From Gekko japonicus (taxonomy: Eukaryota): a DNA stretch of 64,000 nt. The notes beneath the pieces are model-generated. The model was not told where the DNA came from and ran no database searches. It was given only the letters and a program-made list of their open reading frames with translations. The stretch spans positions 806,608 to 870,607 of the forward strand of contig NW_015165833.1 of the NCBI RefSeq assembly GCF_001447785.1, read 5' to 3'. A program made the position numbers and the translations under genes. Shown here one piece after another: positions 21,218-33,465 of the stretch (within the stretch, counting starts at the first letter, position 1; the number at the start of each line of letters is the position of its first letter).

Positions 21218-21428
21218 TGGGGAGAGGCTGTGGCTCAGTAGAAGGGCCACTGCTTTGCATGCAGAAGGTCCCAGTTTCAATCCCTGGCATCTCTTGTTTA
21301 AAAGACCAGGCAGCAGGTGATGTGAAAGACCTCTTCCTGAGACCCTGAAGAGCTGCTGTCAGTCTTAGGCAATACTGACTTCGATGGACCAAGGGTCTGC
21401 TTCAGTACAAAGCAAATTTATGTGTTCA
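21218..21428 (+). mobile_element. tRNA(Ala)-like SINE with CR1-like tail (possibly Squam2-type)
   Basis: gctgtggctcagtaga...tttgcatgcagaaggtcccagtttcaatccctggcatctc head; gatggaccaagggtctg..tcagta tail. Confidence 0.8.
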
Positions 21429-21744
21429 ATGTGCTGTATTAACCATGCCCACTGAGTTAGGATAAGCAGCTGCTGAGATGCCTAGAGAAGTCTGTAGGTT
21501 TTTGACGGATTAGAAACCACCATTACAGGCATCCAGATTGACCAGGAGCAGGTCCCCCCAGAACAGTTGGCATGTACAATCATGCCACGTAGGGGTACCA
21601 CCCTTGCTTGGCCTCCAGCCTGAAAGCCCTTGTTTGAAGTCCCTGCTGATTGCTGAGAAAGCAAGAAGTCTCCAGGACACAGTTGCACACCCACCTAAAG
21701 ATAAGAACTTGGCTAGTGTCATTTACAAATTGGTGACTTTCTGT

Positions 21745-21842
21745 TCAGATGATAGCAGTGAACTCTGTGTGGGGCTGCCCTTGAAGACAGTCCAGAAAAC
21801 CCAGTTGACTGAGAACGTGGCCTCCTAGCTGCTGACCGGTCT
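21745..21842 (+). mobile_element. L2 ORF2 fragment
   Basis: Translates LCVGLPLKTVQKTQLTENVAS*LLTG, resembling L2 LYxGLPxxxxxKLQLVQNAAARLLTG. Confidence 0.7.
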
Positions 21843-23187
21843 GTCTATGATCACCTGAGGCAAGTTCCAGGAGCTGGGCTTTCCTTCTGTGTCGGTCACG
21901 TTCTCAAATGTTACCTGGCAAGACACTGCTGGAGAGCAAGTGCTTGGCTCCACATGTCAGTTTTTAAATAAAGAACTTGCAACATTTCCAAACACAGGAT
22001 GTGCTTCTTTAAGGTCTGTGATGTATGGTAGAGAAACACACTGCTAGTTCAGAGGCTCCCCATCTTTCCTGTATCCCAGCTGTTGTTACCTAGTGTGCAT
22101 CCCTGAAATATGACAGGATAAATGTCCTTGTTTCAGGGGCATCACCTGGGGACAGGTGAGTTTGGTCTCCTGTGAAGTCCACCTGCCACCTGGCAGATAC
22201 TGGAATCCGCCACACGTCTGGAAGAGCACCAGCGCCACGGGAGAGACAGTCTGTGGCATAATTAATTTAAACAATGCCGCTTCTCTGTCTTGCTGTCCTA
22301 ATTATTTCCCTCCTTTCATGCTCTCGGTTGGCCACAATAAATCTAGCCTTAGGCAGGAACGGCTGCCAAAGTTTAAGCAGTTCCTTGGGGCTTGTCATTT
22401 TAGGATTCCAAGCACAGGGTCACCTGTTTGTCCTTGATTTCTCTCCTAATGTGGCAGAGCAAAACTAGGGCCATAGCAGATGCAGATAGTGGGGCAGGAA
22501 ATGCTTAACAAGCGAGCAAGGAGACGATCCTCTCTTAAAACTCTCTCATCCCATTTCAGACATTCAAGACCAGCCCTCAAATTTAGGACCAGAATCTCAA
22601 AGATATTATTTATTAGCATGAAAACATTTGGACCCTATTTCACTTAATAAAGTCTCCCAATACCACGAAACCAGCAAAGCAATAAAAAAAAACCAGAACA
22701 AATTAAAGACGAAGAGTCATCTTCTCAAGGACCATCAGTGTCTCAGCAACTGTTTCAATCCAATGGAGGAAAAAATAATCAGAAAGGGCTTTTGAACGGA
22801 GGACCATAGAGGGAACCATTTTTGCCTGAAGATGAATTACTGCCCAGGAAGGTTTCCCGGAGAAGGGAGTTCCACAACTGACTTATTTAAGTTGATAGCT
22901 CACTTTTTGTCCAAAGAAGCTTTTAGTACAGTCCTATGTACAGTTACCCTCCTACATACATTGAAGTAGATGGGCTTCAAAGAGTGTAGCTCTGAATAAG
23001 ATTGCAGCCAGAAGATCTAACAAATACATTTCCTCCTCCTCCTTCTCCATCTCCTCCTTCTCTTTTTCCTCCTCCTTCTCCCCCTTCCCAACATAATACA
23101 AAACTATCTGGGTGCCATCATTGGAAAGGTAACATGGCCACCCAATGACCTCTCTACCAGAAATGGTGCACATAGACAGACCTCTTA

Positions 23188-23703
23188 GGGTGTGGTCACA
23201 TGCGCCAGATAGAACGGGGGGGGGGGAGCGAGGCTATTTCCTCCAGAGGAAATAGACCCACAGTTGCACGATCACACCTCCCTTATGTGGGCACAGCCCA
23301 TCAGTGTGTGTGATCAGACGCAACTACGGGTGAGTCGGGGGGGGGGGTTGTGCCGTTTGTTTCCCCTGGACTTAAACAAGGAATTGATGAACCGCACCTC
23401 CACACTGAGGGGTTTGCGATGATGTGCATACTGTGAAGGGGGGGGAAACCAACAGCATGGAGTCGGGATGGCCTGATCAGACCATTCCGACAGCATGAGA
23501 GCGTGCTGGAGCAATCAGACAGGGGAAAGTCCATCCGTGGCCTGTCGCAACCTGTTTACTAGCAGATTTCCCCAATGTCTTTTAACTCCACTTCTGCAGC
23601 AGAGCAGAACAAGTTGCTGATGGCTGCAGGGCGCTTCCCAGATGTTGTCTGATCACGCCCTTTCGCACCTATGTCAGGTCTAATTGTGTGTATGATCACA
23701 GCC
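23188..23703. mobile_element. PIF/Harbinger MITE (516 bp)
   Basis: Ends GGGTGTGGTCACA / TATGATCACAGCC (imperfect TIR); exact TSD TTA (23185-23187 and 23704-23706); internal GATCACAC/TGATCAGAC motifs. Confidence 0.8.
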
Positions 23704-23727
23704 TTAATGTTCAGGTAGGCTAGTAGC

Positions 23728-23947
23728 AACCCTCACCTGGATAGCCCAGGCTAGCCCAATCTTATAAGATCTTGGAAGCTAAGCAGAGTTGGCCCTGGTC
23801 AGTATTTGGATGGGAGATCTCCAAGGAATACCAGGGTCACTATGCAAAGGCAGGCAATGGCAAACCACCTCTGAACATCTCTTGACTTGAAAACCCTATG
23901 AGGTTGCCATAAGTCAGCTGTGACTTGACAGCACTTTCCATCACCAG
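23728..23947 (+). mobile_element. 5S-derived SINE, subfamily A, full length
   Basis: gctaagcagagttggccctggtcagtatttggatgggagatctccaaggaataccaggg with normal 5S spacing; RTE-like body and tail. Confidence 0.9.
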
Positions 23948-24030
23948 GCTAGTAGAAAGTCCTTGATACACTCTGGTTCCAACTGTTTAAAATCCACAAA
24001 AGTGTTTTGAATTGAGGCTAGACGTATACT

Positions 24031-24447
24031 GGCCCCAGTCACACGGGAGGATTTGATCCACAACTGGGATGGATCGGGGGTGCATCAAGCGGGCGCAATC
24101 ACACCACAACATCTGGGAAGAGGCACGCACCTGTCCCCGATCCATCTCTTCGGCCCACAAACGCGCATCAAAAAGGTCCTAGCAAAACAGCAGTACCTAC
24201 CGGATGATGTGGGCCAACAGAAGGTGTCTGGTCGGGGAAGCGCCGGTAGGCCGCTGCAACTGGCACCATTCCCCATCCCACGCATATGCACAACCGCGTT
24301 ACTGCCGGTTTGCTGCACACCGTGTGATCGGCTGCCGGGGCACAGAGCCGCAGGGGCACGTCGGATTGCACTCCCGTGGTTCTTTTTGCTCCGGCTCTGA
24401 TTTGCCGCCCTTCAGCGGTGGATCATCTGGCTTGTGTGACCGGGACC
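24031..24447. mobile_element. PIF/Harbinger MITE (417 bp), related to 31199-31745
   Basis: TIR GGCCCCAGTCACAC / GTGTGACCGGGACC; flanks ACT/ATT; shares atcacaccacaacat.tgggaag with the 31.2 kb copy; CpG-rich. Confidence 0.85.
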
Positions 24448-24731
24448 ATTGTCAGCTACTGCAGTTGGCATGGAATAGACATAAATGGACTCTGCCAATA
24501 CAGACTGTCACATTCTGCCCCAATTATAGCTCTGGATCCCTTTCAAAGGTAGTGCCTCACAGTCTAAACATAACCAAGACATGAATGGCTGCAGTTGGGT
24601 TGTGTCTTTCCTAGAAGGAAGTAGCCAGAGAACCAGCCCAATCTGGTTAAACATGCTCCTGACCCCCCTCCCCCATCTGAGCATCTGTCTCATACCAAAA
24701 CAGCGAATCTGGGTCTTAATGTATATGGGTA

Positions 24732-24920
24732 CATAAGTGCCATCAAGTTGCAATCAACTTATGGTAACTTCAGCATGGGGCTTTCAAGGCAAGTGAGAAG
24801 CAAAGGTAGTTTGCCATTGCTTCCACTGCAGAACTTTCCATGGTGGTCTCCCATCCCAGGACCGACCCTGCTTAGCTTCTGAGATCTGATGAGATTGGGC
24901 TATACCATGCCACCTTCCCT
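24732..24920 (-). mobile_element. 5S-derived SINE, subfamily B
   Basis: Reverse complement GCTAAGCAGGGTCGG joined directly to TCCTGGGATGGGAGACC; head GGGAAGGTGGCATGGTATAG. Confidence 0.9.
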
Positions 24921-26024
24921 CTGTGGTTCTATTCTATAGAGGCTGTACAGCTCTGTCATCATGAGAATTCTTCCTAGTCCAATGTGCTTCCATTTTATCT
25001 GGATTGAGTTTCTGTTGGTTCATCCATGTCTGTCTATTACAGACCTCAGGTACCAAACGAGGGCAGATTCAAATGTCCACACAGTGGACACATGGCTACC
25101 TTAAGGGCTTTGGATCACACGTGTGCCTGGAATTCAATGCTAGAAACTCCGTTCCCAGCTCTGCAGAGGCCTGATTTGGATTGAGACTGTGGCATGTGAA
25201 TAGAAGGAGCTTAAGCCTCTATGCCACCATTTTGCTGACCTAAACAGCCATGGGGCGTGACTGCCACAGTCAGAAAACTCATATGGCTACACAACAATTT
25301 CTCCAGGGGGCAAATAACAACTCTTGGGGCCATTTCAGATCTAAATGGAACATTGAAAACCAAGCTGAAATGGTCCCAATCATCCCAGGAGGCTTTCTTT
25401 CTTTCACAACAGTCTCTCTTCCCATGGCCCCTGTTGAGGCCCAGCTGACCATCCTCTCCCATAGATTTCACCACAGCTCTGGCCCCAAGACAGTTGAGCT
25501 GACCGGACTCCTCTCTTGCTGAGAGGAATTTCTGATTTCCACACAGGGTGGAGCCATCTCAGATTCTCAGTGGCTCAGCACATTCCCTGGTGCTTTCTTG
25601 TAACAGCAATTGCAGGAGAAGCGTGTTCATTTCCAACTGACACAGCAGAGTACAGCCGTAGTTCTTTCAAGGGCAAATCCTGGGCAGCCGAGTCTGGTCA
25701 TATATTTTCCTGCTTTGCTTTTTTACCTCTCTTTCCAGATGTACCGTAATGACTTTGTACAGTAACTTTTGCTTCCCTGACAAATCTATCGAAATGTGTC
25801 CAGCAAGGGCAGGCATCACGGCAGCATATTTAAAATGCAGGAGCTGTTCTTTTGACTTACAAATCATATTCCCAAGACAAGCAGAATGCTCTTCAGTTAC
25901 TGTGCAAAGCAAGAAGCGGCCACTCTACTGGAAGAACTTTGGGCATTGGAGAGGAGAAACTTCTGAACTGGGTGCCAGGGTTTGTTTGTTGTTCGGCAGG
26001 GAGACAAAAAGAGACCACTTATGA

Positions 26025-26224
26025 GTGGGGTTGTCAGCTTTGGGTTGGAAAATACCTGGAGATTTTGGGGGTGGAGCCTGAAGGGGGTGGGGGTTTGAGG
26101 CATAATACCATAGAGTCCAACTTCCAAAGTAGCCATTTTCTCCATGTGAGCTGGTCTCTGTTGATTGGAGATCCGCTATAACAGTGGGAGATCTCCAGCC
26201 ACCACCTGGAGTTTGGCAACTCTA
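26025..26224. mobile_element. TAGGGTTGCCA-type non-autonomous DNA element (MITE)
   Basis: ggggttgtcag...ggagatctccag...tttggcaactcta; related copies near 15.9-16.4, 48.5-48.7, 49.5, 51.6 and 53.1-53.3 kb. Confidence 0.7.
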
Positions 26225-26250
26225 ATGAGACTAGTGAAGTATCTCAAGAC

Positions 26251-26797
26251 CAGGGCTGGTGTCAGCATACCTTGAGGCAGGGCATCTGCCGAGGAGACCC
26301 AGGGCTTCTGGCAGGCCCCCTTGTTGCTGATCTTCCAACCCATGTACCTCTCTTGCCACCTGTCCATGTGCCCTTCCCTAACCACTTATAAGGTCATAAG
26401 AAGAGCCATGCTGGACCAGACAGATCTAGCCCAGCATTTTGTTCACACAGTGGCCAACCAACTACCAGCAAGCAGCTATTCACTTGCAAAGCTCCACCAC
26501 CCATGCTTCCAGCTTCCTGACACTGATGGGGAAGTTTAGAATGGCAGCACCCCTGGTGGCCTCAGCAGGAGCAGCACCAGCTGCGCGCACCAGCCAGTGG
26601 TGTGTGGGGGGGAAGGGGATGGATGTGATGCAGACGACTGGCCATGCAGGCTTGTGAGCAGGGCAGTCAGGTGGGCAACACAAAGTGGGGTGGGTGTACA
26701 GGGAGGCATGAGGAGGGCTTGTGGGTGGACAGAAGAGCCCCTGGGCACTGTGTGCACCCCCCAAACAACAACAACAACAACCCTGGAACCAGCACTG
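26251..26797. mobile_element. Probable hAT non-autonomous element containing a CR1 tail piece
   Basis: CAGGGCTGGTGTC / GGAACCAGCACTG ends; imperfect flanks ctcaagac / c-caagac; cataagaagagccatgctgga at about 26395. Confidence 0.45.
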
Positions 26798-27334
26798 CCA
26801 AGACTACTGGTAACAAGTTGGCCTGAAATCTCATGTAAGAGCTCAAGGGATCTCCTGTATCAGCCTCAAGCAGCAACTTGGACCCAGAGAGGATGGGGTC
26901 AGAGGGCTCCCGCCCACTTAAGGAGATGAAGGTTCACAGACCCCTGTGTGAAAGACTCACTCAGCCAATGGCCTGAGCCACCCGGGAAGAATCCAGACTC
27001 TGCATTTCCTTGTAAACCCTTCTCCACCCAGAAAGTATACTGCATGGAACAGTACCAGGATGCAGGGCACAGCATGGATGTTGCAAGTCCCTGAAGGGTG
27101 GAGCCTGGCACAGGAATCTGGGCTTGCAGCAAAATAGAAATATCAGTCTCTGCAGCTCTGTGGGGCTACCTGGCTCCTGCCTTAGAACTGAGTCACAATA
27201 GTGGCAGTTCAGTTTTATACAGCTCATAAATCTGTCGTTTGTGATGGCTCCAGATTCCAGAGCAGGGACTGGGGGCCCAAGGACTCATCTCTAGCAATTC
27301 CTGAGCCAGTGCCTCCCCCTCCTTCCCTACCACT

Positions 27335-27482
27335 GAGACCCAGTGTGCTGTAGTGGTTAGAGGGCTGGTCTATGACTGGGAAGACCTGGATTAAAAATCC
27401 CCATTCTAGCAAGAAGCTCACTAGGTGGCTTTCGGCTCCCCATTCTCTCTCCTTCTGCTCTACCTCACAGGGTTATTGTGAC
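27335..27482 (+). mobile_element. Squam3-like tRNA SINE (degenerate)
   Basis: gagacccagtgtgctgtagtggttagag...ctacctcacagggttattgtga. Confidence 0.7.
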
Positions 27483-27805
27483 CCTGAATTCCTTTGAGGA
27501 ATCAAAGTGTGGCAGGAAAATAGATAGGCCTCATGAACCACTTTTCAAAGCCCCTGACATCAAGGAGATTTGGGGTTTATTAATCCCCCCCCCCCGGTTT
27601 AACTGGGAATGTTTTTAAAGTATTATTGTGAGACGCACAAGGAAAACCGGGGCATGGATGGATGGACGGACGGATGGAGAACCTCCAGGGAGACTTCACT
27701 GTCAGGTCAGTAGGAAGGGAATCAGGATAATTGGATAGGGGAGGATTAGGCAGCCTCTTGGGGGCACATTTTAAGGTCCGTAGAGTGGGGCTGCTTCCAG
27801 CAGGG

Positions 27806-28285
27806 TGTTGGCAGTAACTAGTTAGTTAGTCCAGTATCCCTTCTCAACTTAGCAGAGCGCACCTTGGCTACACACAGTAGAAGCCCTTTATTCTCAGTGT
27901 GCTAGCAAAGTTAACAAAGTTACACAGAGCCACTTTTTCAGTTTCAAGACTAATAATGTCCTTTTATTTAAGGACTACAATCTAGATAGTGAAGCTTAAG
28001 AGACACAGAACTAATCTAAACTACCTTGGATGGGTCCGGATGCAGAGAGACATCCAGCCTTCATAAGGGTGGATGTGTGCAAGAGAAGAGCGTGAGAGAG
28101 AAGAATGGAAGGAAAGAAGGCAATTTCCCTATAATCTATCAGTCTACTTCAAGGGACAGAGGCAGGAGAGTAAACAGGAAGAAAACCCCCAGTTTGCCCT
28201 CTCTAGCTCACTAACTTGTTTGCAACCTGCCCCCCCCCCGCAGAGGCTGAGGCTTGAGACAGCATCTAGGCCTTCTCTTCCAACA
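27806..28285 (-). mobile_element. Solo LTR (480 bp)
   Basis: TGTTGG...CCAACA termini; exact 5-bp TSD CAGGG (27801-27805 and 28286-28290); minus-strand AATAAA near 27888 and 27963. Confidence 0.85.
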
Positions 28286-28702
28286 CAGGGCCTGCTGCCA
28301 CTGCCCTCCCATAAGCTCTCCTGTCACCCAGCAGCACCATCAGGAAAAGTGCACGCATGTGGCCCATGCAGCTGGGAGAGGGGGTGGTGAGAGAGAACAT
28401 GCAAGTGAGTAAGGTGGCAGGGATGCACACACGGCCATGCAGTTGGGGAAGGGCACACAGGTCAGTGGGCAAAATGATTGTGCCAGCCAGGAGTGTGGCA
28501 GTGGGCAGGGCGGGGGGGGGGACAAGCACTCTCTCTGCCCAGGACCCCACAAAACCTGGATATGGCTCTGGAACAGAGGCTGGGGAAAAGACTTCAGATG
28601 CTGCTGCACTCCTGGTGCTAGTCTGGAAGCGCTGCAGTGTCCCAACTGCAGAAGTGGGGTCTGGGGGAAAAACGAGCTGTCTACAGATGTTGTTTCTGTA
28701 CC

Positions 28703-28900
28703 CATGAAGCTGCCTTATACTGAATCAGACCCTTGGTCCATCAAAGTCAGGATTATCTACTCAGACTGGCAGCGGCTCTCCAAAGTCTTAGGCAGAGGTC
28801 TTTCACATCACCTACTAGCTGATCCTTTTTTTTTTTTATGCTGGAGATCCCGGTGGATTGAGCCTGGGACCTTCCGCATGCCAAGCAGGTGCTCTTCCCT
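28703..28900 (-). mobile_element. tRNA(Ala)-like SINE (family of 21218-21428)
   Basis: catgaagctgccttatactgaatcagacccttggtccatc...aggtctttcacatcaccta...gcctgggaccttccgcatgc. Confidence 0.85.
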
Positions 28901-29037
28901 GTAAGAGCTTCATTTGCCACACCCTGTTCATATTTGGTGTTTCGTCACCACTACTTGGAAGTATCCTTAGCCCAGCGATCCCTTGTCTGCCTTTGCACCC
29001 ATTCCCATTTAACAGCGTCCTTCTCAGGCCTCTCTCC

Positions 29038-29364
29038 CAGGCCCGTAGCCACCGCCACTTCGGACAAAAAAAATATCCATTTTTTTAAAAATGTAAGATG
29101 TGCATGGGGTTTCCAAAATCACCCTAGGCACACTCAGGGAAGTTTCAGTCTCATTTTCTTTTTTCCAGGGCAAAAAATAAAATAAAATTGCAAAATGCAA
29201 AATAGAGAGAGTTGGAGATCCCCCCCCCCAGCTTACACAGAAAAGCAGCCCAGAATTGAGTCTCTCCAATTGAGAGGACTAGAGGAGCAGCAGATGCTGC
29301 AGGGGCACCCCCCCCCCCGATTTCCCCATGCCCCACCAACCAAACTTTTCTGGCTACGCCCCTG
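29038..29364. mobile_element. hAT non-autonomous element (327 bp)
   Basis: TIR CAGGCCCGTAGCCA / TGGCTACGCCCCTG; exact 8-bp TSD CTCTCTCC (29030-29037 and 29365-29372). Confidence 0.9.
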
Positions 29365-30085
29365 CTCTCTCCCTTGCTCCTTCTACTGATTCCTGCTTGT
29401 CAGTGATCATCCACCACCTGCTGCCTCCTGTTGTGGTCCTTCCTTGAAAGGTCTTGCCCAGTAGCCAGCCACAAGGTGCTGTCCAGCTTCATTAGAAGAA
29501 TACAGCAGAACACGTTAGCTGTGAGTGAAGGTGTGAAAGATCCATTGTCTGGTGAAGCCTGGAGTGACTTATCCCACTGCTTGGAACTATGGAGGATTGG
29601 GGGGTGGGGCAGATAGAAATCTTTTCACTCTTTTCTTTCTAACATGTTGGATTTCCATGGAACAAAACATGAAATAACTAACCTTTGACCTGAACCAAAA
29701 TTATATTCATTCTTCTATTGAGCATTTGATTTTGCAGTGAGTTGCCACCATTCATGCCATAAAGACTTCAACAGTCAGGTGAGGGTGAGCTTCTCTACAC
29801 GCTTCTAAAAGAGTGACCAGGTCAGGACACACACACACACCCCGTCCTGGTGTATTTCTGACCCGAATGCTAGATGATCCTTGGAACTAGGTGGTGGAAT
29901 GTAATCTCTTTGCTCGACACATGCACCAAACTCAGAACCACTCCCTCCAAGTCTTTGCCTAGGAGGGTCGCAGTATCAAGGCAAGGATGGGACAGTGGAG
30001 AGACGGGCAGAGGAGGAACAAGAGGACAGTTGCGGCCTGCGGGGAAAGGCAACAGGAGTACCAGTGACGCAAGATAGATGAAGAT

Positions 30086-30280
30086 GAGTAGCCATGTTAG
30101 TCTGTCTGCAGCAGTAGGAAAGAGCAAAAGTCTGGAAGCACCTTGAAGACTAACAAAATTTGTAGCAGGGTATGAGCTTTCATGAGTCACTGCTCACTTC
30201 TTCAGTGGTTTGCAAAAACTCATTACCTGCCACAAATTTTGTTAGTCTGTAACGTGCTACTGAGTTCTTGCTCTTTTCTA
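30086..30280. mobile_element. Penelope-like terminal repeat in foldback arrangement, with hammerhead ribozyme core
   Basis: Inverted arms of about 65 bp (gcaccttgaagactaacaaaattt / aaattttgttagtctgtaacgtgc); minus strand 30205-30173 reads CTGAAGA-AGTGAG-CAGTGA-CTCAT-GAAA-GCTCA. Confidence 0.8.
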
Positions 30281-30349
30281 ATTAGGCAAGAGAGGGCTAG
30301 AACTCTGTCCCTGTTTCTCAGCGTTGGCCCAACTGCAGGCAACATTTTG

Positions 30350-31060
30350 GTCGTTTTTTAATACCTCTAGCAGCAAACCTTTATAATTTCTATGCCGCCT
30401 CTTCAGAATCCTGCTTGACGCTGCTTACAATTAAAAACCACAATATAAAAAAGCCGTTAAAACGAACAAGCCATTAAAAACACAAGCCATTGGACATAAA
30501 CAGCACAAAAAGCTATCCACAAAAGAGAAACTGGTAACAAGCAGCCTCTAAGCCTGGGTAAAAAGATGTGTTTTTACTAGGTGCCTAAAAGAAGCTGCGG
30601 TGGCTCAAGTGGTTAAGATGCTGAACTGCAGACTGTGGAAGGTCGGTAGTTCAGCAGTTCGAGACCTGAGTGCTGCATGACAGAGTGAGCTCCCGTCTGT
30701 AGTTCCAGCTTCAGCCAACCTAGCAGTTCGAAAACAAGAAATTGCAAGTAGATAAATAGGTACCACTTCAGTGGGAAGGTAACAGCATTCCGTGCGCCTT
30801 GGTGTTTAGTCATGCCGGCCACATGACAACGGAAATGTCTTCGGACAGCGCTGGCTCTTTGGCTCTGAAATGGAGATGAGCACCGCAACCCTAGAGTCGG
30901 ATTCGACTGGCTTTTGAGCACAGGGGTGATACAGTCAATAGCCTGACTGCCACATTTTGAACCAACTGATGTTTCTGAACAGTTTTCCCATGCAGTGTGC
31001 ATTATAGCAATCTAACTTTGATGTGAACAGACCATGGATCTCTGTGGACAGATCATTACG
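30350..31060 (-). mobile_element. L2 3' fragment split by a Sauria SINE
   Basis: ttctatgccgcc...gctgcttacaa tail; gcattatagcaatctaac is the reverse complement of LDCYNA. Confidence 0.6.
30592..30926 (+). mobile_element. Sauria SINE
   Basis: Highly similar to 20229-20582; lacks the ACCTTT tail. Confidence 0.95.
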
Positions 31061-31198
31061 ATGAATGCAGAGAGCATTTTAAGGTCCGGTATCTTTGAAG
31101 TTATTGAGTTAAAAACAACAACACCCTAATAGGATTTAAGAGTCTTTATTATTTTTTCAAAACAATGTAAACTCTTAGTACTGGCTTTAGTTATTTCA

Positions 31199-31745
31199 GG
31201 CCCCGGTCACACGGAGCATTTGCCGCGCTAAAGATACAGATGATAGGCGGATTTTCCGGGCGCGATCACACCACAACATTTGGGAAGCATAGTGCTCCTG
31301 TGGCTATCCCGTGGCTTCCCGCCGAAGATGCGGAGTAAAAAACTAGTACTTACGAGGTACTGGTTTCCAGACACCGTGGGGCAAGGGCGGGCGTCTAATC
31401 ACATTTCCAGTGGAATCCCGTGGCATCCGGCGCCCGCCAATGTTCCATCGCAAACAAGGGTTGTTTCCCCCCCCCAAGTCTCCGCAGGGTGCCCAATGGC
31501 ACATGCGCACGAACTTCGGTAAAAAAAAACACACCCGTTTGCCATTGAAGCAGCGCCTAGCGATGGCTGGTGTGATCGCGCCGCTTCTTTGCCGCGCTGC
31601 AGGATAGCCATGTGATCGGCGCCTCACCCCCTAACCACGGGACCTTGACTGGACATGTGATCAGGCGGCTGCGCGTTATTTTGCTCCAGGGCAAACAGCC
31701 ACGCTCCCCCCCCCCCCGCATTTTCCGGCCTGTGTGACCGGGACC
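31199..31745. mobile_element. PIF/Harbinger MITE (547 bp)
   Basis: TIR GGCCCCGGTCACAC / GTGTGACCGGGACC (13/14); exact TSD TCA (31196-31198 and 31746-31748); CpG-rich with internal inverted motifs. Confidence 0.9.
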
Positions 31746-33224
31746 TCAGTTAAGTATTTATATCCTGCCTTCCCCTGTGGCTTACAAATCACAATTTAAA
31801 ATGAATGGAATAAAACCCCAGATCCCCACTCCCCACTCCAAAGATGCCTACAGTTTTTATCCAATAAAGGTTTTTTTAAAAATTAAATATTCTATATTGT
31901 TTTACCACTGATATTTTGTTTGAGGTGGTTTAGGGCTATAAAGGGGACAAGGGGCATGGATTTTGGCAGGGAAACACGGCCGGTGGAATAAATTTGGTTT
32001 AGCACTCTCATTGCTCAAGCTTCCAGCTATCAAACGTGAAGACACTGAGAGCATTTCAGTAGAGGGCACTCCAGACTGAGAAATCTATCCTTGCCAAATC
32101 CTGGGCATATTTACTTGGTGGTTTTAGAAACTCCGGCATATGAATCTCAGTAATGTGTACATGGGGTCTCATAACTCACGCTGATTGTGACTGTATTATA
32201 CCTGATGCATATAAATTTAAACAAAATGCAGGCGGCTGTGTCTAATCCAGGCAAGAACCATTTTACCCACTTCCCCCTTTATTTTTTTAAAAAGCCCTTC
32301 TTTTGTCTTCATTACTGTTGAAAACTAAAAATTCCCCAAGGCAAAACTGCTTATTTCACACCTCTTTCCGGGCAGCTCATCTTTCAAGCACTGTTTTGAT
32401 TTGGGCTCAAAAATACTCTGAACCATCAGCAATTTTCCCCCCTTCTCTCTCCTGAGATTAATAAAATGTTTCAACATTTGTCCTCTCTTGTAAGCAGTTT
32501 TCCTTTGTACTTGAGAAAACTGGCGTTGAAATTAATAGGAACGAGTCCACCAATAAATCTGCCCCTTTTGCTCCTGGATGTAACGCTGGCACAGAGGATA
32601 CGCATTGCATCTCAGTGTTCACTCTGTCATGAACGAAGTCCTTGAACACACAATGCATAGATGGGCATGTTTGGACATTATACCTTATCTTGACACCTAG
32701 TAAAACTGACAACCAACCTACCTGGGCGGGGTTTTGGGGTCAGCTACCAAAAATGCAAACAACCTTTTCGAAAAAGAATACTTAAACTGTACACTTTTAC
32801 TGCAAAGACCTAAGGCTGCCAGGGCAGCACTTCAAGACAACTGGCCCTGTTGTTGTGTCAATTATAATGGAACCAAATGGGAAAATGAACAATATTTGTT
32901 TGTATTAATTTCTCTTCCTTACTAGAGTTCAAGTCCTCTTTCCTCATTTGTTGCGTGAGCTGATGGTTTGGGACTTGGGCTCCTGCTACACACCTGTGCA
33001 AAGAGACGCTCTCTTTGCAACATCAAGCACCTGAGGACTATGTTTTCCAGGGTGACAGAAGGCTGTGTTGGAAAGAAGGTTCAAGGCCCCAGGGAAGAGG
33101 GTGGGGGCGATATTCTCATGCAGCCCACCTTGGGCCAATAGCGGTCTTGTCCACACATGGTGAGGAGGAGTGAAAGAGGTAAGGGGGAAATAAAAATACT
33201 TGGTAATTAACAGAAAGAAAACAA

Positions 33225-33465
33225 GATTCCTGGAGGATGGGGCTATCAGTGGCTACTAGTTTTGATGGATATCTACTCTCACCAGTACCAGAAGCAGCTT
33301 GCTTCTATATATCAGCTGCTGGGGAGTGCGAGCAAGATGATGCTGTTGCAGTCTTCCTGCTTGTGGACTTCCGAGAGGCAAGCTGGTTGGCCACTGTGTG
33401 AACACAATGCTGGGAGTCATTGGGCCTTTGGTCTGATCCAGCAGGGATCCTTAACGTTCTTGTTT
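33225..33465 (+). mobile_element. CR1 3' end fragment
   Basis: ggaggatggggctatcagtggctactag (ORF2 end ISGY*) and tgggcctttggtctgatccagcaggg tail motif. Confidence 0.8.

Noticed and set aside
21218-21295. tRNA-Ala gene (and other tRNA-like heads)
   Set aside because: Degenerate cloverleaf followed by SINE body and tail, with several dispersed copies.
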